NCBI GenBank assembly: GCA_020137815.1
Contig: CM035351.1
Location: 2,294,001-2,358,000, forward strand
Source of the DNA: Hormiphora californensis
Taxonomy: Eukaryota > Animalia > Ctenophora
Direction: 5' to 3'
DNA: 64,000 bases
The translations under genes and the position numbers were made by a program. The notes under the pieces are model-generated. The model had not been told where the DNA came from. It saw only the letters and a list, made by a program, of their open reading frames with translations, and did not search any database. This document shows positions 38,534 through 51,247 of this stretch, one piece after another (position 1 is the first letter of the stretch; each line of letters starts with the position of its first letter).

Positions 38534-41500
38534 TCAGTTCAACAGCTGATATTCGAGTAACTTCAATCTAGAGAGTTCGTCACGTTTACTAAGATCACAA
38601 TTAGAGAAGAGATCCGGTGAAGATCGGATCAGTTCCAGACGGTGTTTGTTCCGGGACACTGTCACGTAGCTAGAAAATGCATCTCTGTCCTCTTCCGACC
38701 ATGTTGATAGCACCATCTCGGAGATTTGTTGCTTCTGCGTGATATTATCTGACACCTGAGAGGGGGGTGTCATATATTATACCTCGACCAAAACGCGGAG
38801 TTTTTACGTCAGCCGACCCGAAACCGGATTAAATTTGGCCACCCGCTGGTCTCAGGGCCTCAAAATATGTCAAAATATGTTTAAATTGTCATTTGGGGTC
38901 ATTAATACCTTTTAATTACATGTAATTACCCTTTAATTACATCTAATTACATTTTAATTACATGTAATTACTTCCAATTACATTCCAATTACTTCAGCAC
39001 CTCGAGAGCTTTCTAACGCACCCTAGAACACCTGTCTACTCCTTCTAATTGCCGAGATCTGCATACCCCTTATTTTGACTGTTTTTCGCGTCCTACCCCT
39101 TATGGGTTTGGGTACGGCCATCGCCGCACCCCCTATACGTCGCGGGACCTCGAGACCTTTCCAACGAGCCATAGAACACCTCTCTACTACTTCAGGGGGC
39201 TTCAAAACTTTCACTCTAAAAATATCTATGGTTTATGGTTTATGGTTTTACCTCGACCAAAACGCGGAGTTTTTACGTCAGCCGACCCGAAACCGGATTA
39301 AATTTGGCCACCCGCTGGTCTCATGGCCTCCAAATATGTCAAAATATGTCTGAATTGTCATTTGGGGTCATTTAGACCTTTTAATTACATGTAATTACCC
39401 TTTAATTACATGTAATTACATTTTAATTACATGTAATTACTTCCAATTACATTCCAATTACTTCAGCACCTCGAGAGCTTTCGAACGCACCCTAGAACAC
39501 CTTTCTACTCCTTCTAATTGCCGAGATCTGCATACCCCTTATTTTGACTGTTTTTCGCGTCCTACCCCTTATAGGTTTAGGTATGGCCATCGCCACACCC
39601 CCTATACGTCGCGGGACCTCGAGACCTTTCCAACGAGCCATAGAACACCTCTCTACTACTTCAGGGGGCTTCAAAACTTTCACTCTAAAAATATCTATGG
39701 TTTATGGTTTTATGGTTTACCTCGACCAAAACGCGGAGTTTTTACGTCAGCCGACCCGAAACCGGATTAAATTTTGCCACCCGCTGGTCTCAGGGCCTCC
39801 AAATATGTCAAAATATGTCTGAATTGTCATTTGGGGTCATTTAGACCTTGTAATTACATGTAATTACCCTTTAATTACATGTAATTACATTTTAATTACA
39901 TGTAATTACTTCCAATTACATTCCAATTACTTCAGCACCTCAAGAGCTTTCGAACGCACCCTAGAACACCTTTCTACTCCTTCTAATTGCCGAGTTCTGT
40001 ATACCCCTTATTTTGACTGTTTTTCGCGTCCTACCCCTTATAGGTTTGGGTATGGCCATCGCCACACCCCCTATACGTCGCGGGACCTCGAGACCTTTCC
40101 AACGAGCCATAGAACACCTCTCTACTACTTCAGGGGGCTTCAAAACTTTCACTCTAAAAATATCTATGGTTATGGTTTTATGGTTTATGGTTTTACCTCG
40201 ACCAAAACGCGGAGTTTTTACGTCAGCCGACCCGAAACCGGATTAAATTTGGCCACCCGCTGGTCTCAGGGCCTCAAAATACGTCAAAATATGTTTAAAT
40301 TATCATTCTGGGTCATTTAGACCTTTTAATTACATGTAATTACCCTTTAACTACATGTAATTACATTTTAATTACATTTAATTACTTCCAATTACATTCC
40401 AATTACTTCAGTACCTCGAGAGCTTTCGAACGTACCCTAGAACACCTTTCTACTCCTTCTAATTGCCGAGTTCAGCATACCCCTTATTTTGACTGTTTTT
40501 CGCGTCCTACCCCTTATACGTTTGGGTATGGCCATCGCCACACCCCCTATACGTCGCGGGACCTCGAGACCTTTCCAACGAGCCATAGAACACCTCTCTA
40601 CTACTTCAGGGGGCTTCAAAACTTTCACTCTAAAAATATCTATGGTTTATGGTTTTATGGTTTATGGTTTTATGGTTTTTTTTCATCTGGTATTAAGGGC
40701 CTGTCGGCTCGGCCCCGTTGTTTTAGTTTTAGGGGGATGTTTTAGGGGGGATGGGTTGAGTTTGGGTTATATTCGGGTCGGGGGGCCTTGCCAGGCCCCG
40801 AATGGTTTTTTTTTTCATCTGGTATTAAGGGCCTGTCGGCTCGGCCCCGTTGTTTTAGTTTTAGGGGGGATGTTTTAGGGGGGATGGGTTGAGTTTGGGT
40901 TATATTCGGGTCGGGGGGCCTTGCCAGGCCCCGAATGGTTTTATTTTATGGTTTTTTTTTCATCTGGTATTAAGGGCCTGTCGGCTCGGCCCCGTTGTTT
41001 TAGTTTTAGGGGGGATGTTTTAGTGGGGATGGGTTGAGTTTGGGTTATATTCGGGTCGGGGGGCCTTGCCAGGCCCCGAATGGTTTTTTTTCATCTGGTA
41101 TTAAGGGCCTGTCGGCTCGGCCCCGTTGTTTTAGTTTTAGGGGGGATGTTTTAGGGGGGATGGGTTGAGTTTGGGTTATATTCGGGTCGGGGGGCCTTGC
41201 CAGGCCCCGAATATTCATTGGAACATGACATGGGGGGAGGGGGTGTCATATATTAGACATTCATTGGAACATATCCAACCAACCATAATGGGGTTCTTGA
41301 CAGCCAGGGTTTTCAGAAAGCAGTTATTTGATCTACTAAACCCTCACATAAATGCGATGTGGGCCTCCCCTTTATTCACCTGTATTACTGTGTGTTCCGT
41401 ATTGAACAGCTCAGCCACAGCTGTATCATTCCATATCAAGGGGTGGGCTTCTTTCAATTCCTCCCCAACCCTTCTCTGTTCCTCAGTCAAGGCAGGCTTT

Positions 41501-41863
41501 TCATTGGAAGGAAGGGGCCGTGTTAGCCGCATCTCTACCTGAGAGGGATGAAAGAATTGAAAACGGAACAACATTGAACATTATGACAACGACGGAGTGG
41601 GTAGGGGGTGGAACCACGAGCCCCTGGTACCCCCCCCCCCCACCGCCCTAGTATAATAGTAACCCACTGCACCCTCTCTCTGTCTCTGTCTCTTCCAAAT
41701 AATATACCTTCTTAGGGGGATGAAGGCAGACGATAATTCCAGGGTTATCTGCCGTTGTTATCTGGACATTAGAGCCCACTGGTTGGAGCTGGTCTGCAGC
41801 TACAATGTTGAGAGACCGGCGGAGACAACAACATGTCCTTCTTGTTATGTGTCGCAATAACAT
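38534..41863 (-). CDS. Putative mitochondrial ribosomal protein (mL42/mL58-like), 178 aa. Exons 41863-41708, 41538-41380, 38755-38534
   Basis: Three phase-0 GT-AG exons. Arg-rich presequence MLLRHITRR, then IIVCLHPPKKVEMRLTRPLP and LTEEQRRVGEELKEAHPLIWNDTAVAELFNT. Confidence 0.65.
38780..40677. repeat. Tandem array of 4 x ~469-476 bp units with (ATGGTTT)n junctions
   Basis: Units start TACCTCGACCAAAACGCGG at 38780, 39249, 39718 and 40194. Each contains TAATTACATGTAATTA palindromic subrepeats. Confidence 0.95.
40678..41212. repeat. Tandem array of 4 x ~130-145 bp units
   Basis: The unit TTTCATCTGGTATTAAGGGCCTG...GGGGCCTTGCCAGGCCCCGAAT occurs four times. Confidence 0.95.
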
Positions 41864-42278
41864 AGCTAAATGATACACAGTGGGGTTAGTGGGGAATGGT
41901 AGGGGAGAATATAATGGGCTGGGGGAGAAAGTTGGGGCAAAAATGGGGCTGTCGAAAGAGTGAAACTTGTAAATTATCTTTCTTAAAAGAATGGTGTAAA
42001 TCGTTACATATATTGGATATAAATGAGACTGTTGTTTATTTACACGGTCACACACAACAACCGGACAAGGAACAAAAAACACGGAAAAAATCTGGAAATA
42101 TATCGTACAAATACACACACCGTGGAAAAAGTGTTAGATTCCACGCTGAAAAAAATGGGGGACATGCGGGGAAACACAAAATAAAAAGTCAGTCCTCCTT
42201 TTTTTAACCAGACACACACAAACATAAAACACATGAATATTATCGTAAAAACACATCAGTCAGGATTCGCACCTGTCA

Positions 42279-45061
42279 CTAGTCACTGTCACAGTCCAAA
42301 ACGGAGGATCGCTTGTGAGCGTTATACTGAATTCTCATCTCGTTCAATGCATTTAACTCTCCAATAACCTTCTTTAGATGAAACTCTCTTCTCTTAGCAA
42401 GCTTTTCAAAAGGAAACGGATTCAGTTCACCGAATGCAATCTTCTTGATGTTTTCAGGGGTGCACAAGACACCATCCCCGATCCCCCTACAGAAATTATA
42501 CACATCTATCCCGTCATTTAGCTGCAGTAACTCTTCATGATGTATCCTGAATATTGCCAGAGCATATCGGAACAACACCTTATCACCTTCATAAAAGAAA
42601 AGATCCCAGAATGATAAGACGACGTTAATATTAGTGTTGTCCACGAAGAGAGTCAAGAACCAATTAAATGTAATGAGGGAGAGATCGATTTTAAACTGAT
42701 TGAAATGTGACATGATCCGGGGATATTTGTCTGACATTATATCTGCCAGAACTCGCTGATCTACCTGAGCACCAGCCATGGTCTGGCTGTAATAGTCAGG
42801 AGGTAAGAGCTCCACCACAGCAACCACTGCCCAGAACGCGTCCTCCTCCTTGAGATTCAGGACAGCTAGAGAGAAAGCAGCTATCCGGTTCAGCCCCTGG
42901 CAATACCCAATCTCCAGGTTGTACCGTGCAAAAGCAAGAAGAACGTTCCGGAGTTTGTCCACGCCTGTAGCTGTGGTTGAGTTAAAGAGGCAATTATTGG
43001 GTAGTGTTCTCATCAGATCCAGCTCGATTTGTTTTGTAAAGATGTCATTATGATCCGTCGGATCGGTCCTGGCCAGGAGCTGCTTGTAGAAGTTAGGCTG
43101 ATCCTTGCCCCGACATTCAGCTGTTATCCTGTGTATACACGCCTTCCAGAAACTACTGCGATACTTGTGTGGCACGCCAGCACGGACCAACGCTTTCAGC
43201 TCCTTACCCGTCGCAAAGTTATTCCCGAACTGAACAATGTGTTTGTCCCATGCCTGCTCGTTTTCAACACCAGACGTTAGCTTCTGGGAGAGCTTGGTAA
43301 TTTCAAAACCATACCGATCATACCGGTGGGTGAAATCATTCCCAATTTGTTGCACATCCAAGAGATCCTTGTCCTTTACCTGCTCGATTAGTGTGGCGGC
43401 AATCTCCTGCAAATCACCCGATATCGTAGTCTCGACCCCGGTCCTCAACTTGTTGATCTCTCTCAACAACAACATGTAATGATTGTTTATCTTGTCCAGT
43501 TCTGCCTTCACCTGATGGTACTGTTTCCGTTCCTCATACCGGAGGGAATTCACCTGCAGTATCTCCTCTTCTAATAACTTGTTCTGGGCTGTGTAGGATG
43601 TGATAGCTTCCTGGGCCTCTTGGAGGCGCTGCCTGGGCACAAAGGGCTCCTCAGCATGTTTCTCCTCAGCCAAGTCCTTGCAAAGATAGGGTCGTGTTTC
43701 GATATCTATCCGGCCAATCAACTCGATAGAATCAGGCGGCATCTCACCACCAACAAACTTATCAAACTCCCTCATCATAACCCTGTGATTTATTGATAGT
43801 TTCATGTGTTTAGCCTTCAAATCCTCGTAATCCAACATTTTCTGTTGCCCCCGTTCCTCATCTGCTGCCCTCAGGGCGATCATCTGGCTCAGTTCACCCT
43901 GGAAATAATTCACCTGTTGGTTCAGAGTTGTAGCCTGCTTCTTCAGCTCCTCATACTCAGACTCGTACACCACAATCTGTTTCGTGTTGTAGAAATAACT
44001 ACTGGAGGGGGAGGGTGGGGCTGGGGAGGGTATCGGTTTAGAGAGGTTCAACACAACTTGCTCCTTGCACCTGATTATCTCCTCTGTACATTTCAACTGG
44101 TTATCTTTCTCCGTGATATCACGTCTCAGATCCTGGATCTCCTCCTTCAAAATATCCATCTCCTGGCAGTGCGTCATTAGTTTCCGTTTCAGGTCACCAA
44201 TTATAATGTCCTTCAATTCCATGACCTCCTTGTGAGAGTTATCAGCCTCAACCGCCTGGACTTTCTCTGTGAAGTTGAGACTGAGCTCTCGGAGCATTTC
44301 CTCATAGCTCGTGTTACTCTCCTGGAGTTCGTTAATCTTGGTTTGGAGTTTGAACGCAGCCCACTGGGCATCCTTACACTTCGTACACTGGTCCGTGCTG
44401 TCTGCACTGGTAATGCTCAGGGTGTCCAGCTCGGAGGCTGAGGGTGTAGAGTTGAAAAAGGTGCTATTGGGTTCCTTATTTTTGCTGCCACCCGGTACTT
44501 TTAACAGGCTTTTTAACATTGCATTCACCTTGCTACTTGTCCCACCACCACCACTACTAGATTGGGATTTAGCTCCAACAGAAGGAGGGTCATCATCGGA
44601 GCAGATACCAGCAACAAATACAGTGGAAGAAGTGAAGTCACGGACGTCATGATATGAGGAGAAGTGTTGTCGTTTAGTTTGAAGTTGGTTGATCCATTGC
44701 ATCATGCTATCATGGTTACCCGCGGACAGAAGGTGCTCCTCTTCACCAATACTGTGGGGGAGACAGGGAGATTAGAAGGGGAGAGGGATATTATATATGA
44801 TTAGGGGAAGAAATGGTAGTAGGGTGATCATATACCGTTCTCATAGTCAAGTTTTTAGAAACTATGGATGCGGCTTGACTGCTGTGAGGAAGTGCATGGG
44901 CTGCTTAGGAGTTTAATAAAAATCTGCACCAAACTGGTTGGTTAGAGGGTCGACGACGAAAACTATCATTATATGAGAGAGAAATAAATTGATTATACGA
45001 CACTGGGTCGTATAAACTTACTGGTATAATCAATTTATTTCTCTCTCATATAATGATAGTT

Positions 45062-45123
<62 letters not shown>

Positions 45124-45416
45124 GAGTAGTTTTCTCTGACGATGCATGTGGTAGCTTTGCAGGAAGGAAACCAGTGGTTTCAAACCAACACTTACCGGGT
45201 TATGGGGGGTTATGTGTTCTACTGCAGGAAATTAAACGAAACTCCAAGAGAGATTGAGAAACGTACCATTTAATAGTGAATTCTCCGAGTCTAGATCTTT
45301 CCGGAAGGAATGTGAAAGAAGCGACGCTGATGTCTATTGTCCCCTTTGGAGTTACATCTGTTGGGGAGCTGTAGAATAGCAACTGGCATGTCTTGTCATC
45401 GTGTAGAAACCAGAAT
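42279..45416 (-). CDS. TBC1D2: TBC1D2/TBC1D2B-like Rab-GAP (PH, coiled coil, TBC). Exons 45416-45267 and 44751-42279. The first exon was not located
   Basis: PH fragment FWFLHDDKTCQLLFY...PKGTIDI...MMQWINQLQ, coiled coil, YDRYGF, LVRAGVPHKYR, IELDLMRTLP (Arg finger), YCQGLN (Gln finger), EEDAFW and NWFLTLF. Confidence 0.88.
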
Positions 45417-45420
45417 CTTG

Positions 45421-45890
45421 GGAAAATGTGGTGTATTAGACGAGGGGGAAATGTGGTGTATTAGAGGAGGGGGAAATGTGGTGTATTAGAGGAGGGGGAA
45501 ATGAGGTGTATTAGACGAGGGGGGAATGTGGTGTATTAGAGGAGGGGGAAATGTGGTGTATTAGAGGAGGGGGAAATGTGGTGTATTAGAGGAGGGGGAA
45601 ATGTGGTGTATTAGAGGAGGGGGAAATGTGGTGTATTAGAGGAGGGGGAAATGTGGTGTATTAGAGGAGGGGGAAATGTGGTGTATTAGAGGAGGGGGAA
45701 ATGTGGTGTATTAGAGGAGGGGGAAATGTGGTGTATTAGAGGAGGGGGAAATGTGATGTATTAGAGGAGGGGGAAATGTGGTGTATTAGAGGAGGGGGAA
45801 ATGTGGTGTATTAGAGGAGGGGGAAATGTGGTGTATTAGAGGAGGGGGAAATGTGGTGTATTAGACGAGGGTGAAATGTGGTGTATTAGA
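45421..45890. repeat. 25-bp minisatellite (GGAGGGGGAAATGTGGTGTATTAGA) x ~19, abutting a TBC1D2 splice acceptor
   Basis: Directly visible period of 25. Confidence 0.97.
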
Positions 45891-47389
45891 GAAGGGAAAA
45901 CAAGAGGGATAGGATGAGAAATTAATTTGAACCTGAGAAAATTGGGTGTTAAAGCTGAGGAAAAGAGATGGAAAACTAGGAGTTGGGTTAGAAAGGACGA
46001 AATTGTGTTTATTTTGGGAACTAAAACTGAGTGATGAGAGGTGTGTACAAACTCAGACAAAGTGTGGAAACTGAAGTCGCCGTGAATCCACGCAGGTCTG
46101 TCCACACCCCTCCCCTTTTTTAACAGACATGCATTTGAACTTGCGTGTGTGTGTGTGTGTTCGTCTGTAGGAGTGTGTGTCTGTAGGAGTGTGCGTGAGT
46201 GTTCTGTAGAAGTGTGTGTGTGTGTGCATGTGCATGTGCGTCTGTAGGAGTGTGAGTTCTGTAGAAGTGTGTGTGTGCATGTTCGTCTGTACGACCGTGT
46301 GTGTGTTTGAGAGATGCTGGAGCGAGCAAGCAGGAGCAGCCGGTAACGGTTGAACTCCGGCAGCTACTACGCGCACTTTCACTCACACTCGCAGTTGTGA
46401 GTATAACGGCGTTGCGATAGCGCCCCGTGTCTCGCGCGTTACATACAGTACCCACAAATTGTAAGTTGTGAGCGATGCTGGATTTGTGGGAGCGGGGGCG
46501 GATCTTTTCACCCCTCCATTTCCTATATCCAAGGCTAAAGCCAAAATCTCTCTAGGATACTTAAAAAAGCAAGCCTTCCTAAAAACATTGCACTTCTTGA
46601 GAGGAGAAAATGAGAAACGTGAGCCACACGTGACGATAGATACAACACAAGGCTGCAACAGTCTAGTGAAAGTGGCTGTCTAATTCAAACCAACAATTAA
46701 TTTTAATTTCTGTAGAACATTCTAAACCCATCTGCCACAACTTTCTACCAAGTATATCTCGGTGTCTCCACCATCTCTCACCGCATAAAGGAGGGTTAGA
46801 AAAAACCAGGATAATTCACATTTTCCCAAAATGACAGGGAAACAGTATCACCGAACTCTCCTCAAAACTCCCTTGCAGTATTATTCAAGTATCCATTTCC
46901 TACCTACTACACACACAAATAGGAGAATGAAAGGGGCTTAACCATCACCCTATTTCCTCTCTTCTAGGTCTATGACATAATATAATATCCGGTTCTTGTT
47001 ATGTTCTAACCCTCCTTTGCAGGGTGTGGTGAGAGAGGGTTGAGCCTAGTTTCATGCCCCACGATTCGGGCCTACGTCAATCGACATATAATATCAGCAT
47101 ATATAACTCCCATAGGTGTCAATAGAATATATTTAAATCCTCCCCTCCCTATCTCTCTATCTCTCTATCTCTCCCTCTCTATCTCGATATGAAAATGAAA
47201 CCATTTATTGGGAGCACTTGAGAGGGTGGTGGCGTTAAACGGGGTATTTAAACAACCTCCCCTCCTCACACACTGATGACGTTAGTGAACAAGGTGTGAC
47301 CATCAAGACACTTGTTATAATCCAGTTCGCCAGATTTTAGTGTTGAGAAACAGGCAAGTTTTATTTGGCTGACATAAGTCCGAAAAACA

Positions 47390-48771
47390 TTAAAGGGATA
47401 CTGACATGTTCAAAAAATTTTGACTTTTTCAACGATCCTGGGTGTTGTAACTGGTTGGGAGATAAAAATACGATGAGTCGAAGTGCGAACTCTCTACTCC
47501 CTCTCGTTCTCAAGATACAGGGCCCCACCTTTTATCACTTCTTAATTAGTTTGGGTATAGAGGGAGAGCCGTATTGCAAATTACATGTAAACATGAGTAT
47601 GTTTATCTATCAATATCTCAACTTTCACATGCACGATTTTGATCGGATTTTTTTCTGAAAGTCAGAAATGTTTAAAATTTTTAGTATTTTCATATGATGT
47701 ATCAGAATCATAAATGAATCAGTAAATAAACAAGTAAACTTTGCAGTTTGAGGTAAACTGGAGTGAATTGTCAATTAGACCCAATTATTATCAATTAGAG
47801 CACTTTGCCGACCTCTGAGGACTTGTAAAAGTTGCTCAAGTGATTCAACGTATCAAAATTAGTGTTTAAAGTGCCCTCACACGATCTTTTAGCATTTCCA
47901 TTTGAAAAATGCAATTATTGCCAATTAGACTGAATAATGCTCAATTAGGACACTTTCTTCACCTCTGACGGCTTGGAAAAGCCGCTTACGTGATTAAGCG
48001 TATCAAAATTAGTGGGGATAGTGCTCTCACATGAACTGATAGCATTTTCATGCGATAAGTTACAGTTACGATCACTTAGACCCGATTATGCTCAATTAGG
48101 GCACTTTTTCCACCCCTGAGCGCTTGCCAAAGTTGCTTATGTGATTCAACGTATCAAAATTAGTCGGGTATAATGGTTTTGCCTTTTATACCTATTAGTT
48201 GCCTAAATTTTTCAGTTTATACTCTCCTAGGATACAGTATTCATTTCAGGGCTGAATAGTTAGTAACTATTGAATTTTTTATTGACTATGGGCTAAATAT
48301 CAACAATTAGTGTGAATAATTGAGCAAATCCAGCAAAATCTGAATGACATTAGTTACTGAATACCATGATAATATCGTTCTAAGAAAGCATACATTTCAA
48401 ATAAATCATGGTCTTGCTTAGGTATAGTTCTAGCTATTCATGACAAGACTAGAGACAAACGGAAACCAAAATCGAAAACTAGAAGTGGTCTAAAAGTTTT
48501 CAGAAAAAACCCGGTCAAAATCGCATGTGTAGTAGCTGAGATAATGACATATAAACAGGCTCGTGTTTACCTGTAATCTGTAATGCTGGTCTCCTCCTCT
48601 TACCCAAACCAATTAGTGGGTGTTAATATTTGGGACCCTATATCTTGAGAAGTAGAGGGAGTAGAGAGCTCGGACTTCGACACAACACATTTTTTCTCTC
48701 AGATGATTTGATTGAGCTATGTTTTTATAAAATTTGTGATGGTCGATTTGAACATGTCAGTATCCCTTTAA
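47390..48771. mobile_element. Non-autonomous Kolobok-like DNA transposon (~1.37 kb) with TTAA target duplication
   Basis: Ends read TTAA-AGGGATACTGACATGTTCAAA ... TTTGAACATGTCAGTATCCCT-TTAA. There are imperfect subterminal inverted repeats and internal ~155-bp direct repeats. Confidence 0.8.
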
Positions 48772-49545
48772 ATACCCCAATGAGGCCCATGTTGTAACGA
48801 AAAAGCATGAAAAAGCGAATGAATGTTGCAGTTTAGGGAATTAAAATTCAATTATAACTCCCCCGAAGTCTGAACTATAATAATTACTCGTACCCAACAA
48901 TTTCAAATGAATTTACTCACTTTTGCCACGTTTTATAGAGGCCCATAGGGCCCATGGGCATATACTTCTGTAGGTATCCATGAAGTTTTATCTCAACCTT
49001 CTGTGGTCCATCTTCAGTCATGTGAACCCCTAGAAGAGGGAGGGAGAGGGATGAGAGGGAGGGGGATGTTGTTAAATAGGACAGGGAGAGAGGGAGGGAG
49101 AGGGATGAGAGGGAGGGGGATGTTGTTAAATAGGATAGGGAGAGAGGGAGGGAGAGGGATGTTGTTAAATAGGACAGGGACAGGGGGAGAGATGTGGTTA
49201 GATAGAACGGGGAGAGGAGGTGGGATCATGGAACCGGTAAAAGTAAGGTCTTGGGAGTGTTGGTTAGGAAACAGATTCATGATCGGGAGAGGGATGGTGT
49301 TGGACACGAATAAACGAGACAGGTGCTCTTAGTGAAACAAATAGTTTATGGGGAAAAGTTAAATATAAAACATAAACCAAATATCACGGGGGGAGAGGGG
49401 ATCAGTTTGGGGGGAGAGGATGGAGCTGCACACGATTAGAGCGCAAAGAGAGAGAGAGAGGATGTGAGAGAGAGAAGCACCAGATAGAAGAAGGAACACA
49501 ACAACAACAACAATCATCACTGCGTGTGGATATTTTCTGCACTCT

Positions 49546-51018
49546 TCATTTGAAGTCCCGGTCCCCACCGCTATCATACCTCCCTCCACCACCACCTCGC
49601 CTTCGTCCACCGTTATAACGACCGCCCCGTCCAGAGTTGTCCCGGTCAGTGTTGTTGTACTGTTTCCTGGGCCCGCCCCTGGAACCCCCCGGAGCGACCT
49701 TCTTCTCCTCCACATTGAGACGTTGCTCCCGGAGCATGTACTGTTTCCCTTTCCTCACACTACCCAGGATCTCCTGGACAGTATCCTCCCGGTCAAAGAT
49801 AACAAAACCAAAGTTGTTAGGGGTGACCCGCACCCCAATAACATTTCCATACTGGCCAAAGACCTCTCGGAGGTCACTCTCTCCCGTGTTCCTGGGCAAG
49901 TTGCCAACAAAGATCTGCTGGGAGTTGGGGGCCTCCTGTTTCGGGGGACCTCCAGGGCCCTTCTCCCAGGAGTTGGGCTTCCTCCGCGGCTTCTCAGACC
50001 TCTCCTCCCGGTGGAAAGGCTGGAAGGGAGTCTCCTTCTTGATTGGGTGGTCTCCCCTCTCAGCGGCAGGTTCCACAGGTTTAGGTGCGGCAGGTTTGGG
50101 GGCAGCAGGTTTGGGAGGTGTGGATGGGGCAGCGTTGGCTGTACCAGATGAAGCAATGGAAGCCCATGAGACAGGTCCCTTGGGTACAGGGGGTGTCTCA
50201 ATAACAGGCTCAGGCACAACAGGTTCAGCGACCACTGGGGCAACCTCCTCTACAACCTCAGGCTCCTCAAACTGCTCAGGTTCAGGTTGTTCCTCCTGGA
50301 CAGGAGGTTCAGGTTCAGCAGCCAACACAGCAGGTTCAATAACAACCTCCTCCTCTTCTTCTTCCTCTACCTCAGGTTGCTCAGGTGCTACAGGCTCGTG
50401 ATGGTTACCATTGGTTACCTCCGGCTCCATGACAACCTGCTCCTCAGGCTCCCTGGAGATCATGACATCATCTTCCTCAGGACCACTACTCAGACTCGTC
50501 TCATCCTCCACAACCTCCTCCTCCTCTTCTTCTTCTTCTTCTTCTGGCTCACTGCCAAATACCTCGTCCTGATACCGGAAGATATCGTTGTGGACGTAGT
50601 ACTTGCGTGGTGCCTCCGATCCCAAAACAAAGGTCTGCATGAACCGTCGGGGCATCTTGCCAGCGTTAGACAACTCCCCGGACACCTGCACAACAACCCC
50701 GTTGTGGATGGTCGGCTGGCTGTCAACATGTTTTATCTTCGTCCTGCAATCCTCGAAGTTCAGACTCATGATCTTGTCGTGGATGGCCCGCTGTCCGGTC
50801 ACACACTCCGCTGTCTCATCGGCCTGGTTTCCGTGGACAAAGGTAGATTGCTCCAGATAAAAGCGGTGCAGTTTGTTGGGATTATCATGGAGGAGGGTGT
50901 AGTAACACCTTACAAACTCCCGCCCAATACAATGGGGACTTAGGTTGTCTGGGAAATTACTTTTCACTGGCATGGCGGCTTCAGTACGAGCGTTTCCGAT
51001 TACTTGATCCATCTTCAT
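49546..51018 (-). CDS. G3BP: Ras GTPase-activating protein-binding protein (G3BP/Rasputin), 490 aa, intronless CDS
   Basis: NTF2 domain (IGREFVRCYYTLL...RRFMQTFVL...YYVHNDIFRY), acidic region, SWASIA, RRM (QIFVGNLP, NFGFVIF, LNVEEKK) and RGG tail. Confidence 0.96.
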   Translation of the reverse strand: MKMDQVIGNARTEAAMPVKSNFPDNLSPHCIGREFVRCYYTLLHDNPNKLHRFYLEQSTFVHGNQADETAECVTGQRAIHDKIMSLNFEDCRTKIKHVDSQPTIHNGVVVQVSGELSNAGKMPRRFMQTFVLGSEAPRKYYVHNDIFRYQDEVFGSEPEEEEEEEEEEVVEDETSLSSGPEEDDVMISREPEEQVVMEPEVTNGNHHEPVAPEQPEVEEEEEEEVVIEPAVLAAEPEPPVQEEQPEPEQFEEPEVVEEVAPVVAEPVVPEPVIETPPVPKGPVSWASIASSGTANAAPSTPPKPAAPKPAAPKPVEPAAERGDHPIKKETPFQPFHREERSEKPRRKPNSWEKGPGGPPKQEAPNSQQIFVGNLPRNTGESDLREVFGQYGNVIGVRVTPNNFGFVIFDREDTVQEILGSVRKGKQYMLREQRLNVEEKKVAPGGSRGGPRKQYNNTDRDNSGRGGRYNGGRRRGGGGGRYDSGGDRDFK

Positions 51019-51199
51019 CTTTAGCTATATAAATCTGATGCCATACAAACCCTACAGTCCTAGGAGGGAGAATATTGGGGTTGAGTAATCAGTAATACAT
51101 GTAGCAAGTATAACGTGTGTCATGTAGTAGTATAACAAGTAGTAGTTGCGGCGTGGGAATGGGAAGTAGAGAGGTGGGATACTGGATAGAGAGAGATAG

Positions 51200-51247
<48 letters not shown>

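Noticed and set aside
38780-41212. CRISPR-like array or repeated small ORFs (MKVLKPPEVV, MTVFRVLPL)
   Set aside because: These are whole-unit tandem repeats with no unique spacers, in a eukaryotic context without cas genes. The ORFs are by-products of the repeat.
37501-45066. Small hairpins at ~37501-37592 and ~44957-45066 as miRNA or ncRNA genes
   Set aside because: They look like miniature inverted-repeat elements, and there is no independent evidence for an RNA gene.
49637-50943. Long antisense and alternative-frame ORFs over G3BP, TBC1D2 and the LGR last exon
   Set aside because: These are shadow ORFs of real coding sequence with no independent motifs.
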